This document shows positions 20,308-28,445 of a stretch of DNA of 64,000 nucleotides, one piece after another. The notes under the pieces were generated by a model. The model ran no database searches. It had not been told where the DNA came from and saw only the letters and a program-made list of their open reading frames with translations. Origin of the DNA: a virus (taxonomy: Duplodnaviria > Caudoviricetes); the IMG/VR virus record IMGVR_UViG_3300037467_003067, positions 192,001-256,000 of that record; one strand, written 5' to 3'. Position 1 is the first letter of the stretch. Each line of letters opens with the position of its first letter. The translations under genes were made by a program, and so were the position numbers.

Positions 20308-21513
20308 ATGCCAAATACTTCTCTTGACGGGATGATTGCACACCTGACCAAGGGAGCGAGGATCGAGACCAACTACAACGAGTTTCGTGACAAGCTCGCC
20401 GAAGGTCGACCATTGGTCGTGAAGTACGGCATCGATCCCACAGGGGTCGATGTCCATCTGGGTCATACCGTGCCCTTGCGTATTCTCCGGAGATTCCAGG
20501 AAGCCGGTCATCAGGCAACGATCATCATCGGTGACTTCACCGCACAGATCGGAGACCCAAGTGGTCGTAATGAGACCAGACCTCCATTATCTCGTCAGCA
20601 GATCAACGAGAACATGAAGGGCTACCTTTCGCAAATCGGCAAGTTCATCGACATGTCCAAGGTCAGGACGTTCTACAACTCCACCTGGTGTCACCGTATG
20701 CGGTTGGTGGATGTCCTCGCCGAATTCGCGCCCATAACCGCACAAAGAATGCTCGACCGCGACGACTTCTCCAAGCGGCTCAAGGAACAACAGCCCGTCT
20801 ACCTCCATGAATTCATCTATCCTGTGATCCAGGGCATCGACTCAAGAGAAATACACGCTGACGTAGAACTCGGCGGCACGGAACAACTCTATACTCTCTT
20901 GATCGCCAGAGATATCCAGCAACGCGCCGGACAACCTCAACAAACCTGCATCACGGTGCCGATCCTCCGGGGACTCGACGGCAAAAGAAGGATGGGCAAG
21001 TCCCTCAAGAACTATGTCGGGATCAATGACAGTCCTGCCGACGTGTTCGGCAAGACGATGAGCATTCCCGATGAATTGCTTCAGGAATGGTACGATCTCC
21101 TCACTGACCAAACATATAATCCCGAAAAGCACCCGAAAGGACAGAAACTCGCCCTTGCCTCCATCCTCGTCACGCAAATCTATGACAAGGAGACGGCGGC
21201 AAAAGCACAAGAAGATTGGGAGACGCAATTTTCCAAGAAGCAAGATCCCAGCGAGATTACCGAAGTCGTAATCCCGCCGCAGGAAATGTCCATCTGTCAT
21301 CTTTTGGTGGCGAGTCAACTTGCTGCCAGTCTCAGTGAAGCAAGACGTGCCATCATCCCCAACCCAAAGACAGATGGAGATGGTTCCAAGAGTAGCGTGA
21401 CACTCGGTCCCGATCGCACGAAGATCCTTGATCCCAAGACAGTGGTTGCGATCGAGGACAATATGATCCTGCGATTGGGCAAAAGGAAGATTGTCCGCAT
21501 TCGAACCAAGTAA
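20308..21513 (+). CDS. tyrS: Tyrosyl-tRNA synthetase
   Basis: GIDPT..HLGH, IGDPSGR, RMGKS, C-terminal S4 domain; start moved to MPNTSL. Confidence 0.95.
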   Translation: MPNTSLDGMIAHLTKGARIETNYNEFRDKLAEGRPLVVKYGIDPTGVDVHLGHTVPLRILRRFQEAGHQATIIIGDFTAQIGDPSGRNETRPPLSRQQINENMKGYLSQIGKFIDMSKVRTFYNSTWCHRMRLVDVLAEFAPITAQRMLDRDDFSKRLKEQQPVYLHEFIYPVIQGIDSREIHADVELGGTEQLYTLLIARDIQQRAGQPQQTCITVPILRGLDGKRRMGKSLKNYVGINDSPADVFGKTMSIPDELLQEWYDLLTDQTYNPEKHPKGQKLALASILVTQIYDKETAAKAQEDWETQFSKKQDPSEITEVVIPPQEMSICHLLVASQLAASLSEARRAIIPNPKTDGDGSKSSVTLGPDRTKILDPKTVVAIEDNMILRLGKRKIVRIRTK

Positions 21514-21537
21514 ATTGGGAACTTGGTAGATTTTACG

Positions 21538-21635
21538 TTGCCCCACTCCCTAGATGCCTATATCATTATAGATAGTCCGTCCCAATGGGGCTGGCTATCT
21601 TGTAGGCATCCATGATTCCATGCATCTAGGGAGGG
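21538..21635 (+). promoter_or_regulatory. Structured leader with internal promoter(s) and anti-SD helix
   Basis: CTCCCTAGATGC (21546-57) pairs with GCATCTAGGGAG (21622-33); TTGCCC-17-TATCAT and TATAGATA inside. Confidence 0.55.
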
Positions 21636-21639
21636 TAGA

Positions 21640-22224
21640 GTGATGAGCAGCAGAGAGGAACGTAGATCCACCAGGAGCGATCGTCGCGAGGCAATGAGCG
21701 GGAGGGACCGGAGTTCGCGACGGGATCAACCGGAAGAACGTCAGCCGGTTCGCCGCGAGGGCAGTCGGCATGGCTACCGAGCCAAGGACTACGGCTCTTG
21801 GGACGGCACCAAGGAATCGATCCCCGGCGACATCACCCGCGACAATACGCCCGACATGCGGGATGCCCGCAACCGCGAGGCATTCCTCGGGGAGTCCGAA
21901 GAAGAGCGACGGGAGCGGACCGCCCGCCAGATCCAAGGACAAAGCACGGAAGGTGGACGTCGCGACCGAACACGCAGGCGGGAACCAGAGGATCGGAGTC
22001 GGCGTACCGAATCACGGCGTGACCAAAGTGACCGATCCCAAGGGGGCGGCAGTGATCAGCCCCAACGGGCAACCATGGATGATCTCGATAGTGTCCTGAA
22101 CGATCTCGAAGACATCATCGAGGACGCCGACGACAACGATCTCCTCTCCGTGGCTGAGGACTTGTACAAGATCCAGGGGAATCTCTTGAGCGAGATCGGA
22201 CGTCGTGACCGTCCAAGGAGTTGA
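21640..22224 (+). CDS. Arg-rich disordered protein with acidic C-terminal helix
   Basis: ORF with SD GGGAGG; R/E/D/S-rich. Confidence 0.7.
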   Translation: MMSSREERRSTRSDRREAMSGRDRSSRRDQPEERQPVRREGSRHGYRAKDYGSWDGTKESIPGDITRDNTPDMRDARNREAFLGESEEERRERTARQIQGQSTEGGRRDRTRRREPEDRSRRTESRRDQSDRSQGGGSDQPQRATMDDLDSVLNDLEDIIEDADDNDLLSVAEDLYKIQGNLLSEIGRRDRPRS

Positions 22225-22243
22225 ATCTGATCTGTTCAAAAAC

Positions 22244-22283
22244 CAACGACTCGGGTACTATGTGTTGAGTACCCGAGTCGTTG
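22244..22283. terminator. 16-bp stem hairpin
   Basis: CAACGACTCGGGTACT / AGTACCCGAGTCGTTG. Confidence 0.65.
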
Positions 22284-22299
22284 AATGGAGAATGGAAAT

Positions 22300-22482
22300 A
22301 TGCCTCAAGACCTTGCAAAGATGAAGTCGAAAGTAACAGACTTCGTGACCATCGAAATTCGAGGAAGAAAAATCAAGGTGGCACGTGCCACTGCGTCACC
22401 CAATCCCGAAGGCGTCCGTGTGCTTCGCTCAATTTTTGAGTCAGCAGAGGCGATGCGGATTCGCGACTCCTTGAGAGATTGA
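22300..22482 (+). CDS. Small hypothetical protein
   Basis: Short ORF with SD. Confidence 0.45.
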   Translation: MPQDLAKMKSKVTDFVTIEIRGRKIKVARATASPNPEGVRVLRSIFESAEAMRIRDSLRD

Positions 22483-22526
22483 TTTTCGCTGCTGAAAACA
22501 AAATTGGAATTTTTTCAAAAATTGTC

Positions 22527-22555
22527 TTGTAAAATTGAAGCGACCTTGATATATT
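22527..22555 (+). promoter_or_regulatory. sigma70-like promoter of tRNA region
   Basis: TTGTAA-17 nt-TATATT with TG extended -10 and AT-rich upstream tract. Confidence 0.65.
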
Positions 22556-22609
22556 AGTACAAGACTCACTTGTAGTTCATTAGACCCTTTCAGACAAGGA
22601 ACCCGAAAA

Positions 22610-22687
22610 ATGTTATTGTCGTTGCTTAGTTTGTTTTCCTTTAGCTCGTTGCTTTATAGCAACCTGAGCATCGGAGGCATCTCGTAG
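22610..22687 (+). CDS. Putative attenuator leader peptide MLLSLLSLFSFSSLLYSNLSIGGIS
   Basis: SD AAGGA 22596-600; 8 Leu, 8 Ser, 2 Phe, 1 Tyr in 25 codons; double stop TAG TAA; terminator 27 nt downstream. Confidence 0.65.
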   Translation: MLLSLLSLFSFSSLLYSNLSIGGIS

Positions 22688-22714
22688 TAAGCGAATGGCA
22701 TACAAGGGTTCCTG

Positions 22715-22767
22715 AAAACCCGCCCGCTGAACCGAGAGACACGGTTCAGCGGGCGGGTTTTTTATTT
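22715..22767 (+). terminator. Strong intrinsic terminator
   Basis: AAAACCCGCCCGCTGAACCG-AGAGACA-CGGTTCAGCGGGCGGGTTTT then TTATTT. Confidence 0.9.
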
Positions 22768-22780
22768 GGACTTTTTGACC

Positions 22781-22809
22781 TTCCAACAAATATCCAAAAA
22801 ATGTATAAT
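22781..22809 (+). promoter_or_regulatory. Possible second promoter downstream of terminator
   Basis: TTCCAA-17 nt-TATAAT. Confidence 0.5.
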
Positions 22810-22822
22810 ACACGAGGCAACA

Positions 22823-22996
22823 ATGAAGAAAAAAGTCAACGAAGTCTTGAAACTAAAAAACAAGAAACCCTGGCAGGTGTCCCGAGGGCATCGAGTGGTC
22901 AAACAAACCGGTGGCATCCACGCCGACAAGCGGGTTGACGAGCCAGGCAAAGGCGGAAGAAAACAAGACCAATTCCGCAAGCTCATGGATGACTGA
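22823..22996 (+). CDS. Small basic protein
   Basis: MKKKVNEV.. with SD GAGG. Confidence 0.6.
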   Translation: MKKKVNEVLKLKNKKPWQVSRGHRVVKQTGGIHADKRVDEPGKGGRKQDQFRKLMDD

Positions 22997-23005
22997 AATA
23001 CAAAT

Positions 23006-23077
23006 GGGACTGAGGTGTAATTAGTAGCATGTTAATCTGAAAAGTTAACGGGTCGAGTGCGATTCTCGGCGGTCCCG
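23006..23077 (+). tRNA. tRNA-Phe(GAA)
   Basis: GGGACTG/CGGTCCC acceptor, loop CTGAAAA, T-loop TGCGATT; G73 atypical. Confidence 0.8.
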
Positions 23078-23090
23078 CTTCTTTGACAAT
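23078..23090 (+). promoter_or_regulatory. boxA-like antitermination element
   Basis: CTTCTTTGACAAT resembles rrn boxA. Confidence 0.45.
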
Positions 23091-23111
23091 TTGGCAAATC
23101 TTTAAGCATAA

Positions 23112-23226
23112 TTCATTGACGATGCCCCTCGCAACCGGGGGTGCCTCACGTTGATTAAGCCGGATAAAAGCTAGGTTAGAAGCTCGCCGGTCCTAGGAGC
23201 GAGTGAAGGCTATATTCGTCAGTGAA
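23112..23226 (+). ncRNA. Unidentified ~115-nt structured RNA
   Basis: 11-bp terminal helix TTCATTGACGA/TCGTCAGTGAA enclosing several hairpins. Confidence 0.55.
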
Positions 23227-23263
23227 AAACAATTTAAACAATAACTTAAATTCAAACTAAGCA

Positions 23264-23515
23264 ATGAAAAAAGTAATTCACGTTAATCAACACAAGATTA
23301 AAAGTAACCGTAAAACAGGTCTTAACGAACCGGTCCTTACCGTCAAGACCTACAAGACTAATGACTACGCTCACGAGGTCTACATCGACGGACCCTGTAA
23401 GATCATCTATCGTCCAAATAAGCCGCTCTCGTGCGGTGCCGAAGTCTGGATCGAGGTAGAGAGCGGGGTTGAAGTGGAGATAACTGATTTTCAGGGAGAG
23501 AATAGAGATGGATAA
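23264..23515 (+). CDS. Phage hypothetical protein
   Basis: VIHVNQH..KPLSCGAEVWIE, a pattern I recall from phage proteins. Confidence 0.7.
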   Translation: MKKVIHVNQHKIKSNRKTGLNEPVLTVKTYKTNDYAHEVYIDGPCKIIYRPNKPLSCGAEVWIEVESGVEVEITDFQGENRDG

Positions 23516-23705
23516 CAGCAAAAATGAGGAACCAAAAATAAGGTCGTGGACTAAATTTTTGGATGCCATCTTTCCTTGGAACGGCGGTACTTGTCGGATC
23601 TGCCGCCAAAAATTTAAAACAGACGAACAATGGCATCACGTAGATGGATTGTTTGGCTATCAAATATGGAGATGTAATTGTAAAGGAAGATCGATCAATA
23701 GGTAA
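23508..23705 (+). CDS. Small Cys-rich protein
   Basis: CxxC..CxC; overlaps previous gene. Confidence 0.5.
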   Translation: MDNSKNEEPKIRSWTKFLDAIFPWNGGTCRICRQKFKTDEQWHHVDGLFGYQIWRCNCKGRSINR

Positions 23706-23717
23706 ACATTATCAAAC

Positions 23718-23794
23718 GGCAGTGTAGGAGAATTGGCATATCCGCTCAGTTCAGACCTGAGTGCTTTTGTGGGTTTCGAATCCCACCACTGCCA
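23718..23794 (+). tRNA. tRNA-Leu(CAG)
   Basis: GGCAGTG/CACTGCC, loop TTCAGAC; short variable region, 8-nt T-loop. Confidence 0.8.
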
Positions 23795-23800
23795 TCATAT

Positions 23801-23882
23801 GTCCACCTGGGGGAATTAGCAGACCCGTGGTACTCAAAATGCCATGCCGAGAGGCGTACCGGTGCGAGTCCGGTGGTGGATA
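23801..23882 (+). tRNA. tRNA-Leu(CAA)
   Basis: GTCCACC/GGTGGAT, loop CTCAAAA, variable arm, T-loop TGCGAGT. Confidence 0.88.
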
Positions 23883-23884
23883 CT

Positions 23885-23967
23885 GCCAGGACGTGGCGTA
23901 AAGGCAGCCGCGCTAGTCTTAGGAACTAGTCCCGTAAGGGGTGAGGGTTCAACTCCCTCCGTCCGTA
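23885..23967 (+). tRNA. tRNA-Leu(UAG), irregular acceptor stem
   Basis: Loop CTTAGGA, variable arm; acceptor GC(CA)GGACG/CGTCCGT needs a 2-nt bulge. Confidence 0.72.
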
Positions 23968-23973
23968 CTACAT

Positions 23974-24055
23974 GACCATCTGGGGGAATTAGCAGACCCA
24001 TGGCACTTAAAATGCCATACCGCAAGGTGTCTCAGTGCAAATCTGAGGATGGTTA
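23974..24055 (+). tRNA. tRNA-Leu(UAA)
   Basis: GACCATC/GATGGTT, loop CTTAAAA, T-loop TGCAAAT. Confidence 0.88.
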
Positions 24056-24062
24056 CTCGAAT

Positions 24063-24143
24063 GCGTCGGCTGGGCATTGACGAGCCCAAGTGGCTGTAAC
24101 CCACTCGCCTCTGGCTGTGGCGGTTTAACTCCGTCCCGACGCA
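24063..24143 (+). tRNA. tRNA-Tyr(GUA)
   Basis: GCGTCGG/CCGACGC, loop CTGTAAC, variable arm. Confidence 0.88.
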
Positions 24144-24163
24144 CTTTATTCAGGAGAAGACCA

Positions 24164-24346
24164 ATGGCGAAGAAAAAGATGACGATTCCGGAGCAGATCA
24201 AGCACGAGGAAGCGTACGTGGACTTCCTTCGCAAGCGATTGGATTCCGAGAACTACAAATCCAGTGTAGCTCCGGAAGAGTACCAAAAGACCAAAGAGAA
24301 GTATAACAAGGCGAAGTTTCGACTGAAGACCTTGAAGACTAAGTAA
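24164..24346 (+). CDS. Small basic protein
   Basis: MAKKKMTIPEQ.. with SD AGGAG. Confidence 0.7.
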   Translation: MAKKKMTIPEQIKHEEAYVDFLRKRLDSENYKSSVAPEEYQKTKEKYNKAKFRLKTLKTK

Positions 24347-24359
24347 AACAAATCAATCA

Positions 24360-24444
24360 GACCTTGTGCTGGAACAGGTATACAGCGTCGGCTTAGACCC
24401 GACGGTCCCTAGTAGACATGAGGGTTCGACTCCCTCCAAGGTCA
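24360..24444 (+). tRNA. tRNA-Leu(UAG)
   Basis: GACCTTG/CAAGGTC, loop CTTAGAC. Confidence 0.9.
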
Positions 24445-24450
24445 TTTTAT

Positions 24451-24534
24451 CGTCCCGTGCTGGAATTGGTATACAGCACCGATTGAGGATCGGTGATCCT
24501 TAGTGATATGAGGGTTCGACTCCCTTCGGGACGA
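24451..24534 (+). tRNA. tRNA-Leu(GAG)
   Basis: CGTCCCG/CGGGACG, loop TTGAGGA. Confidence 0.9.
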
Positions 24535-24590
24535 CTAAATAATTATTGGATAAAAACCATATAAAAGTTAGGATTCAACTATGTTATTGA

Positions 24591-25328
24591 ATGGCAAACT
24601 CAAATGTAGAATATACTAAAGAACTTCTAGAACCATTAGTCAAAACTAGCTATTCAGTAGCCCAAGTATTACGAAAACTTGGTAAAAGATTAGACGGAGG
24701 CGTTCATTCTCATTTATCTAAAACAATTAAAAACTTAGAATTGGATACATCTCATTTTACGGGACAAAGAAGCAACTGCGGTCCGAATCACAAAGGAGGA
24801 CTTCGCAGAAGAACATGGCAAGAAGTATTAGTTTTAAGGGCTAACGATAGAAGAAAAGAAGACACATACTTATTAAGACGCGCATTAATTGAATTTGGTC
24901 GTGAATATGTTTGTAGTAATGAAAAGTGTAAAATAGCAGGAGAGTGGCTAGGACAAGAAATAACCTTAGAAATTAATCATAAAGACTGTGATTGGTCGAA
25001 CAATAAACCAGAGAACTTAGAGTTTTTGTGTCCTAATTGCCATTCTCAATACCACAAATTTCTGACACAGTCCAAACGCAAGCATAATAGACAGATTAAA
25101 ACCAAATCTAATAAGTCTAATCATTGCGTTGATTGTAACAAAGCAATATATAATAAATCTACTCGATGTAAATCATGTCAAGGTAAAACATCTCCCAATA
25201 AAATTAATTGGCCGCCAACTAATGTTTTAATTGAAATGGTCCAACAAAGTAATTACTTAGCTGTGTCAAGACAGCTAGGAGTATCTGATAACGCAATTCG
25301 TAAGAGAATTAAAAATCACGCCGCTTAG
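24591..25328 (+). CDS. HNH homing endonuclease inserted in tRNA array
   Basis: LEINHKD..NNKPENLEFLCPNCHS; AT-rich. Confidence 0.85.
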   Translation: MANSNVEYTKELLEPLVKTSYSVAQVLRKLGKRLDGGVHSHLSKTIKNLELDTSHFTGQRSNCGPNHKGGLRRRTWQEVLVLRANDRRKEDTYLLRRALIEFGREYVCSNEKCKIAGEWLGQEITLEINHKDCDWSNNKPENLEFLCPNCHSQYHKFLTQSKRKHNRQIKTKSNKSNHCVDCNKAIYNKSTRCKSCQGKTSPNKINWPPTNVLIEMVQQSNYLAVSRQLGVSDNAIRKRIKNHAA

Positions 25329-25340
25329 TGTAGCATAAGT

Positions 25341-25427
25341 GACCTTGTGGTGAAATTGGCGAGACACGGCGGGCTTAAACCCCGTTGCCTGTTAAAGGGC
25401 ATCCCAGTTCGAATCTGGGCAAGGTTA
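25341..25427 (+). tRNA. tRNA-Leu(UAA)
   Basis: GACCTTG/CAAGGTT, loop CTTAAAC. Confidence 0.9.
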
Positions 25428-25433
25428 TCATTG

Positions 25434-25515
25434 GGAGGGGTGGACACAGGCACGTCAGACCGGTTGCTAACCGGCTCGCCGGAAACGGTTGCAGGTTCAA
25501 ATCCTGTCCCCTCCG
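25434..25515 (+). tRNA. tRNA-Ser(GCU)
   Basis: GGAGGGG/CCCCTCC G73, loop TTGCTAA. Confidence 0.88.
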
Positions 25516-25574
25516 CTCAATCAAAAAATCGAGAAATAAAATGAGTATCTTTTGAGTTGACAAATACATAATGC

Positions 25575-27644
25575 ATGAGCAAAAATTTGATCAACATCAA
25601 TAACGCCTGTATCCCCAATAAGATATTGAGCGACACAATTTACCCCCTACTTAATAACGCTTTGTTGATCGAAGGACCGCAAGGACCATCGGGACCTCAA
25701 GGTGGTGGAGGCTCTTTGGAAATTGGAGGCGATATCATTGGGGGAACGGCATCATCTGTTCTCTTTGTGGGCAATTCTGGAATTCTCAATCAAGACACAT
25801 CAGGACTTGTTTACAACGTTAGCTCCAAGAGATTGGGTGTAGGTGTATCTTCTCCCACGGCAGCTTTACATGCGGCTTGCAGTTCATCATCCAGCAAAGC
25901 CGCTGTTTTTCAAGGTGCATCTGGACAATCTGCCAATATTACTGAAATTCAAAATAGCAATGGAGACATACTTCACAGTTTTGATGGCTCTGGCGTTACG
26001 ACTATCAACCACACTGCCGAGGGCGGCACATCCTACTTCAGTTATATAAATAACGTAAGTGAAAGCGCCGCGACGAGTGTTCCATTTCTTCAATCCTATG
26101 GCGGCACTCCATTTACCAATACTCCGATTGGCGGTGGCGCACCAACCTCTGTCATCGACAATGTTTTTGCACAGGGTTGGGAGCGTGTACCTGGGGAGCT
26201 ACCAGGATATACGGAGAATTGGGAACATTATTGGCACACCCAATACATGACCGAGCGTCATGGCAACTTCACATCTATTGACGGAACTGTCGCTTATCGT
26301 CCATGGTACTGGATTATCAACAATGAAACTTATCGTCTAAACCGAATTGATAGAGGATACATTTATGATTGGTTTGGACGATTAGGTACATTCCCACTTT
26401 TAAGAATCCTCACGAACGACAACGACTCTGGAAGTGTGATCATTCAGAACGACGGGACCGCCCCGCCTCTGCAAGTGACCAGTCCTGGAGGCAATGTTTC
26501 ATTCACTCTCAACCCAGATGGAGCTATCCTTGCCCAATGCGGCATCAATGCAACCTCTGATTCTCCTATCCATAACGGTGTAGGGCTATTCTCAATTGGA
26601 ACCTACTGGACGGGGAGTGCTTCTTCAGGAGCCACGACAGGAATACAAACAATTGTCGCTGGAAATAACGATTTTCATCTGCTGGCTACTTCTGGAAACG
26701 CCAATTACCGCTTCATGAATAATGGCAGAATTGGAGCCAATGTAACAACAGATCGTATAACAGAAAATATTGTTATGTCCCCTGGATATCTAGCCAGCAT
26801 CAATAACGATACTCCCGCTAATGCTACTTATCGTCTAATTGGCTTGAATGCTACAGATCAAGTGGACATTGACACAGATCGACGTGGAGTTGTATTTGGA
26901 ACTGGCATTCAATTTTCTGAGTCTGACTTTGGCAACGGTCGCATTCCCATAGTCACACTCGGCCTAACTGGAACCACAGGATCGCCTAACGGAATTGATG
27001 CAACGATTTCCACTTGGTTCCAAAGAAGGGTGGTTAGTCGAGAAATATGGATTGGAACTGACACCGACACAGGGGCCACACGCATCCAAGGATCGGGAGG
27101 TTTGACAGTAAGCTGTGGGGCTTCGGGTACGAATAATTCGTTATTCCTCTCCACCTCGGCAAATTATACCGTCGCCAATAGTTGCCGCATCCTCTTTGGA
27201 CCCCACTTCGGGTTCTTACCCGCTAACGCGAATTGCCCCTTCATGGAAGGATACAACGACCTTAGCTCAAATGGCGGCGTTGACGGTGGATTGAAGTTTG
27301 GAACCTATTATTCATCAGGCGATGGGCTGGCTGTTCGGCTGAAGATTTCTCCCATTGGATTTATTGGAATTCACGAGACATCTCCCGGTGGTCAACTCCA
27401 TGTTACCACCAGTTCCGCAACCACCATCGGAACGATTACCAGAGCCGCCCCGTCACAGACTGCAAATCTCTCCGAGTGGCAGGACAATAATGGCAATCCT
27501 TTATCTTCCATCAAGTTTAACGGGAGCTATGCGCCACCATCACTAGCCGACTCCGCAGCCGCAAACAATTCAATATATTACAGCACTACTCAATCGAAAC
27601 TATGCTACAAAGATCCAGGAGGAGTATCTAATCCACTTTACTAA
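25575..27644 (+). CDS. Tail-fibre-like structural protein
   Basis: G/S/T/N-rich; GPQGPSGPQG; repeated 'GIG..SP...LH' and 'QTANLSEWQ' modules. Confidence 0.7.
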   Translation: MSKNLININNACIPNKILSDTIYPLLNNALLIEGPQGPSGPQGGGGSLEIGGDIIGGTASSVLFVGNSGILNQDTSGLVYNVSSKRLGVGVSSPTAALHAACSSSSSKAAVFQGASGQSANITEIQNSNGDILHSFDGSGVTTINHTAEGGTSYFSYINNVSESAATSVPFLQSYGGTPFTNTPIGGGAPTSVIDNVFAQGWERVPGELPGYTENWEHYWHTQYMTERHGNFTSIDGTVAYRPWYWIINNETYRLNRIDRGYIYDWFGRLGTFPLLRILTNDNDSGSVIIQNDGTAPPLQVTSPGGNVSFTLNPDGAILAQCGINATSDSPIHNGVGLFSIGTYWTGSASSGATTGIQTIVAGNNDFHLLATSGNANYRFMNNGRIGANVTTDRITENIVMSPGYLASINNDTPANATYRLIGLNATDQVDIDTDRRGVVFGTGIQFSESDFGNGRIPIVTLGLTGTTGSPNGIDATISTWFQRRVVSREIWIGTDTDTGATRIQGSGGLTVSCGASGTNNSLFLSTSANYTVANSCRILFGPHFGFLPANANCPFMEGYNDLSSNGGVDGGLKFGTYYSSGDGLAVRLKISPIGFIGIHETSPGGQLHVTTSSATTIGTITRAAPSQTANLSEWQDNNGNPLSSIKFNGSYAPPSLADSAAANNSIYYSTTQSKLCYKDPGGVSNPLY

Positions 27645-27771
27645 TGTATTCGTGAGTTTTTTCGTCATATCGCAGAGGTTGGATCGTTCTCGTGTGCGGG
27701 GCTGTATGCGTGCGATCCGAAACCGGTGATCGAGGTGGTCATGGAAGTGACCAAGCAGGAGTTTGAAAAGC

Positions 27772-27803
27772 TGCGAAGCCCACGGGACATTCCGTGGGCT
27801 TCG
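27772..27803. terminator. 13-bp hairpin between convergent genes
   Basis: GCGAAGCCCACGG-GACATT-CCGTGGGCTTCGC. Confidence 0.6.
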
Positions 27804-27807
27804 CTAG

Positions 27808-28275
27808 TCACTCGCCACCAGCGACAAATCTACCGCGTCGAACCATTGGACCAACGCTCGACCTGTCAGGTGCGAAGGCTAGTTGATTGTAGTTTGCACC
27901 GGGACCGCTGTGTCGTGAGAAGTGCGGAAATTCGGATGGCAATCCATTGTCGCCGTAATCGGACGGGACATGACCGGCATGAGGACCACGGCCCATTGAC
28001 GCAGCCTTGATTGGATTGGACGGCATCTCGGTTCCGTACTTCTTGTCCATGATCATGTCGATGATACGATATCGCAGTTTCTTTTCCTCTTGATCATCGT
28101 TGACCGTGTGGAGCTTATTCCAGAATTTGGCAGCCAGTGGTTTGGGGAGCATGTCGAGAAGTTGGTCGGTGTCGAGGTAGTGGAGATACGCCCAATGATT
28201 GGCGTAGTCGCTGTTGTTTTCTCGCATCGCCATATCATACTTCATTTGCTCATAGAATTGATAGAAAGATTGCAT
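27808..28275 (-). CDS. Hypothetical protein, possible virion-internal protein
   Basis: N-terminus MQSFYQFYE. Confidence 0.7.
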   Translation of the reverse strand: MQSFYQFYEQMKYDMAMRENNSDYANHWAYLHYLDTDQLLDMLPKPLAAKFWNKLHTVNDDQEEKKLRYRIIDMIMDKKYGTEMPSNPIKAASMGRGPHAGHVPSDYGDNGLPSEFPHFSRHSGPGANYNQLAFAPDRSSVGPMVRRGRFVAGGE

Positions 28276-28339
28276 GAATTGGTTTCCTAAAGAGACTAGG
28301 TGATATTTTATATAGATTGGTATAATTATTTAATATATT

Positions 28340-28421
28340 GGTAGTGATCCGAAGTTGGCGAGGACACCCGCTTGAACCGGGCTGCCCGAAAGGGTTGAGA
28401 GGTCGGCACTCTCCGCTACCG
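28340..28421 (+). tRNA. tRNA-Ser(UGA)
   Basis: GGTAGTG/CGCTACC G73, loop CTTGAAC, atypical T-loop GTCGGCA. Confidence 0.78.
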
Positions 28422-28445
28422 CTCTTATTTAGAAAGGACAAGATT

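Noticed and set aside
22560-22767. T-box riboswitch upstream of tRNAs
   Set aside because: No UGGNACC T-box bulge or stem I; a leader-peptide model fits better.
22823-22996. ArfA-like rescue factor
   Set aside because: Small and basic with GKG, but lacks the KGKGSY-R motif; too weak to call.
28340-28421. Selenocysteine or opal suppressor tRNA
   Set aside because: The anticodon reads TGA (decodes UCA, Ser), not TCA.
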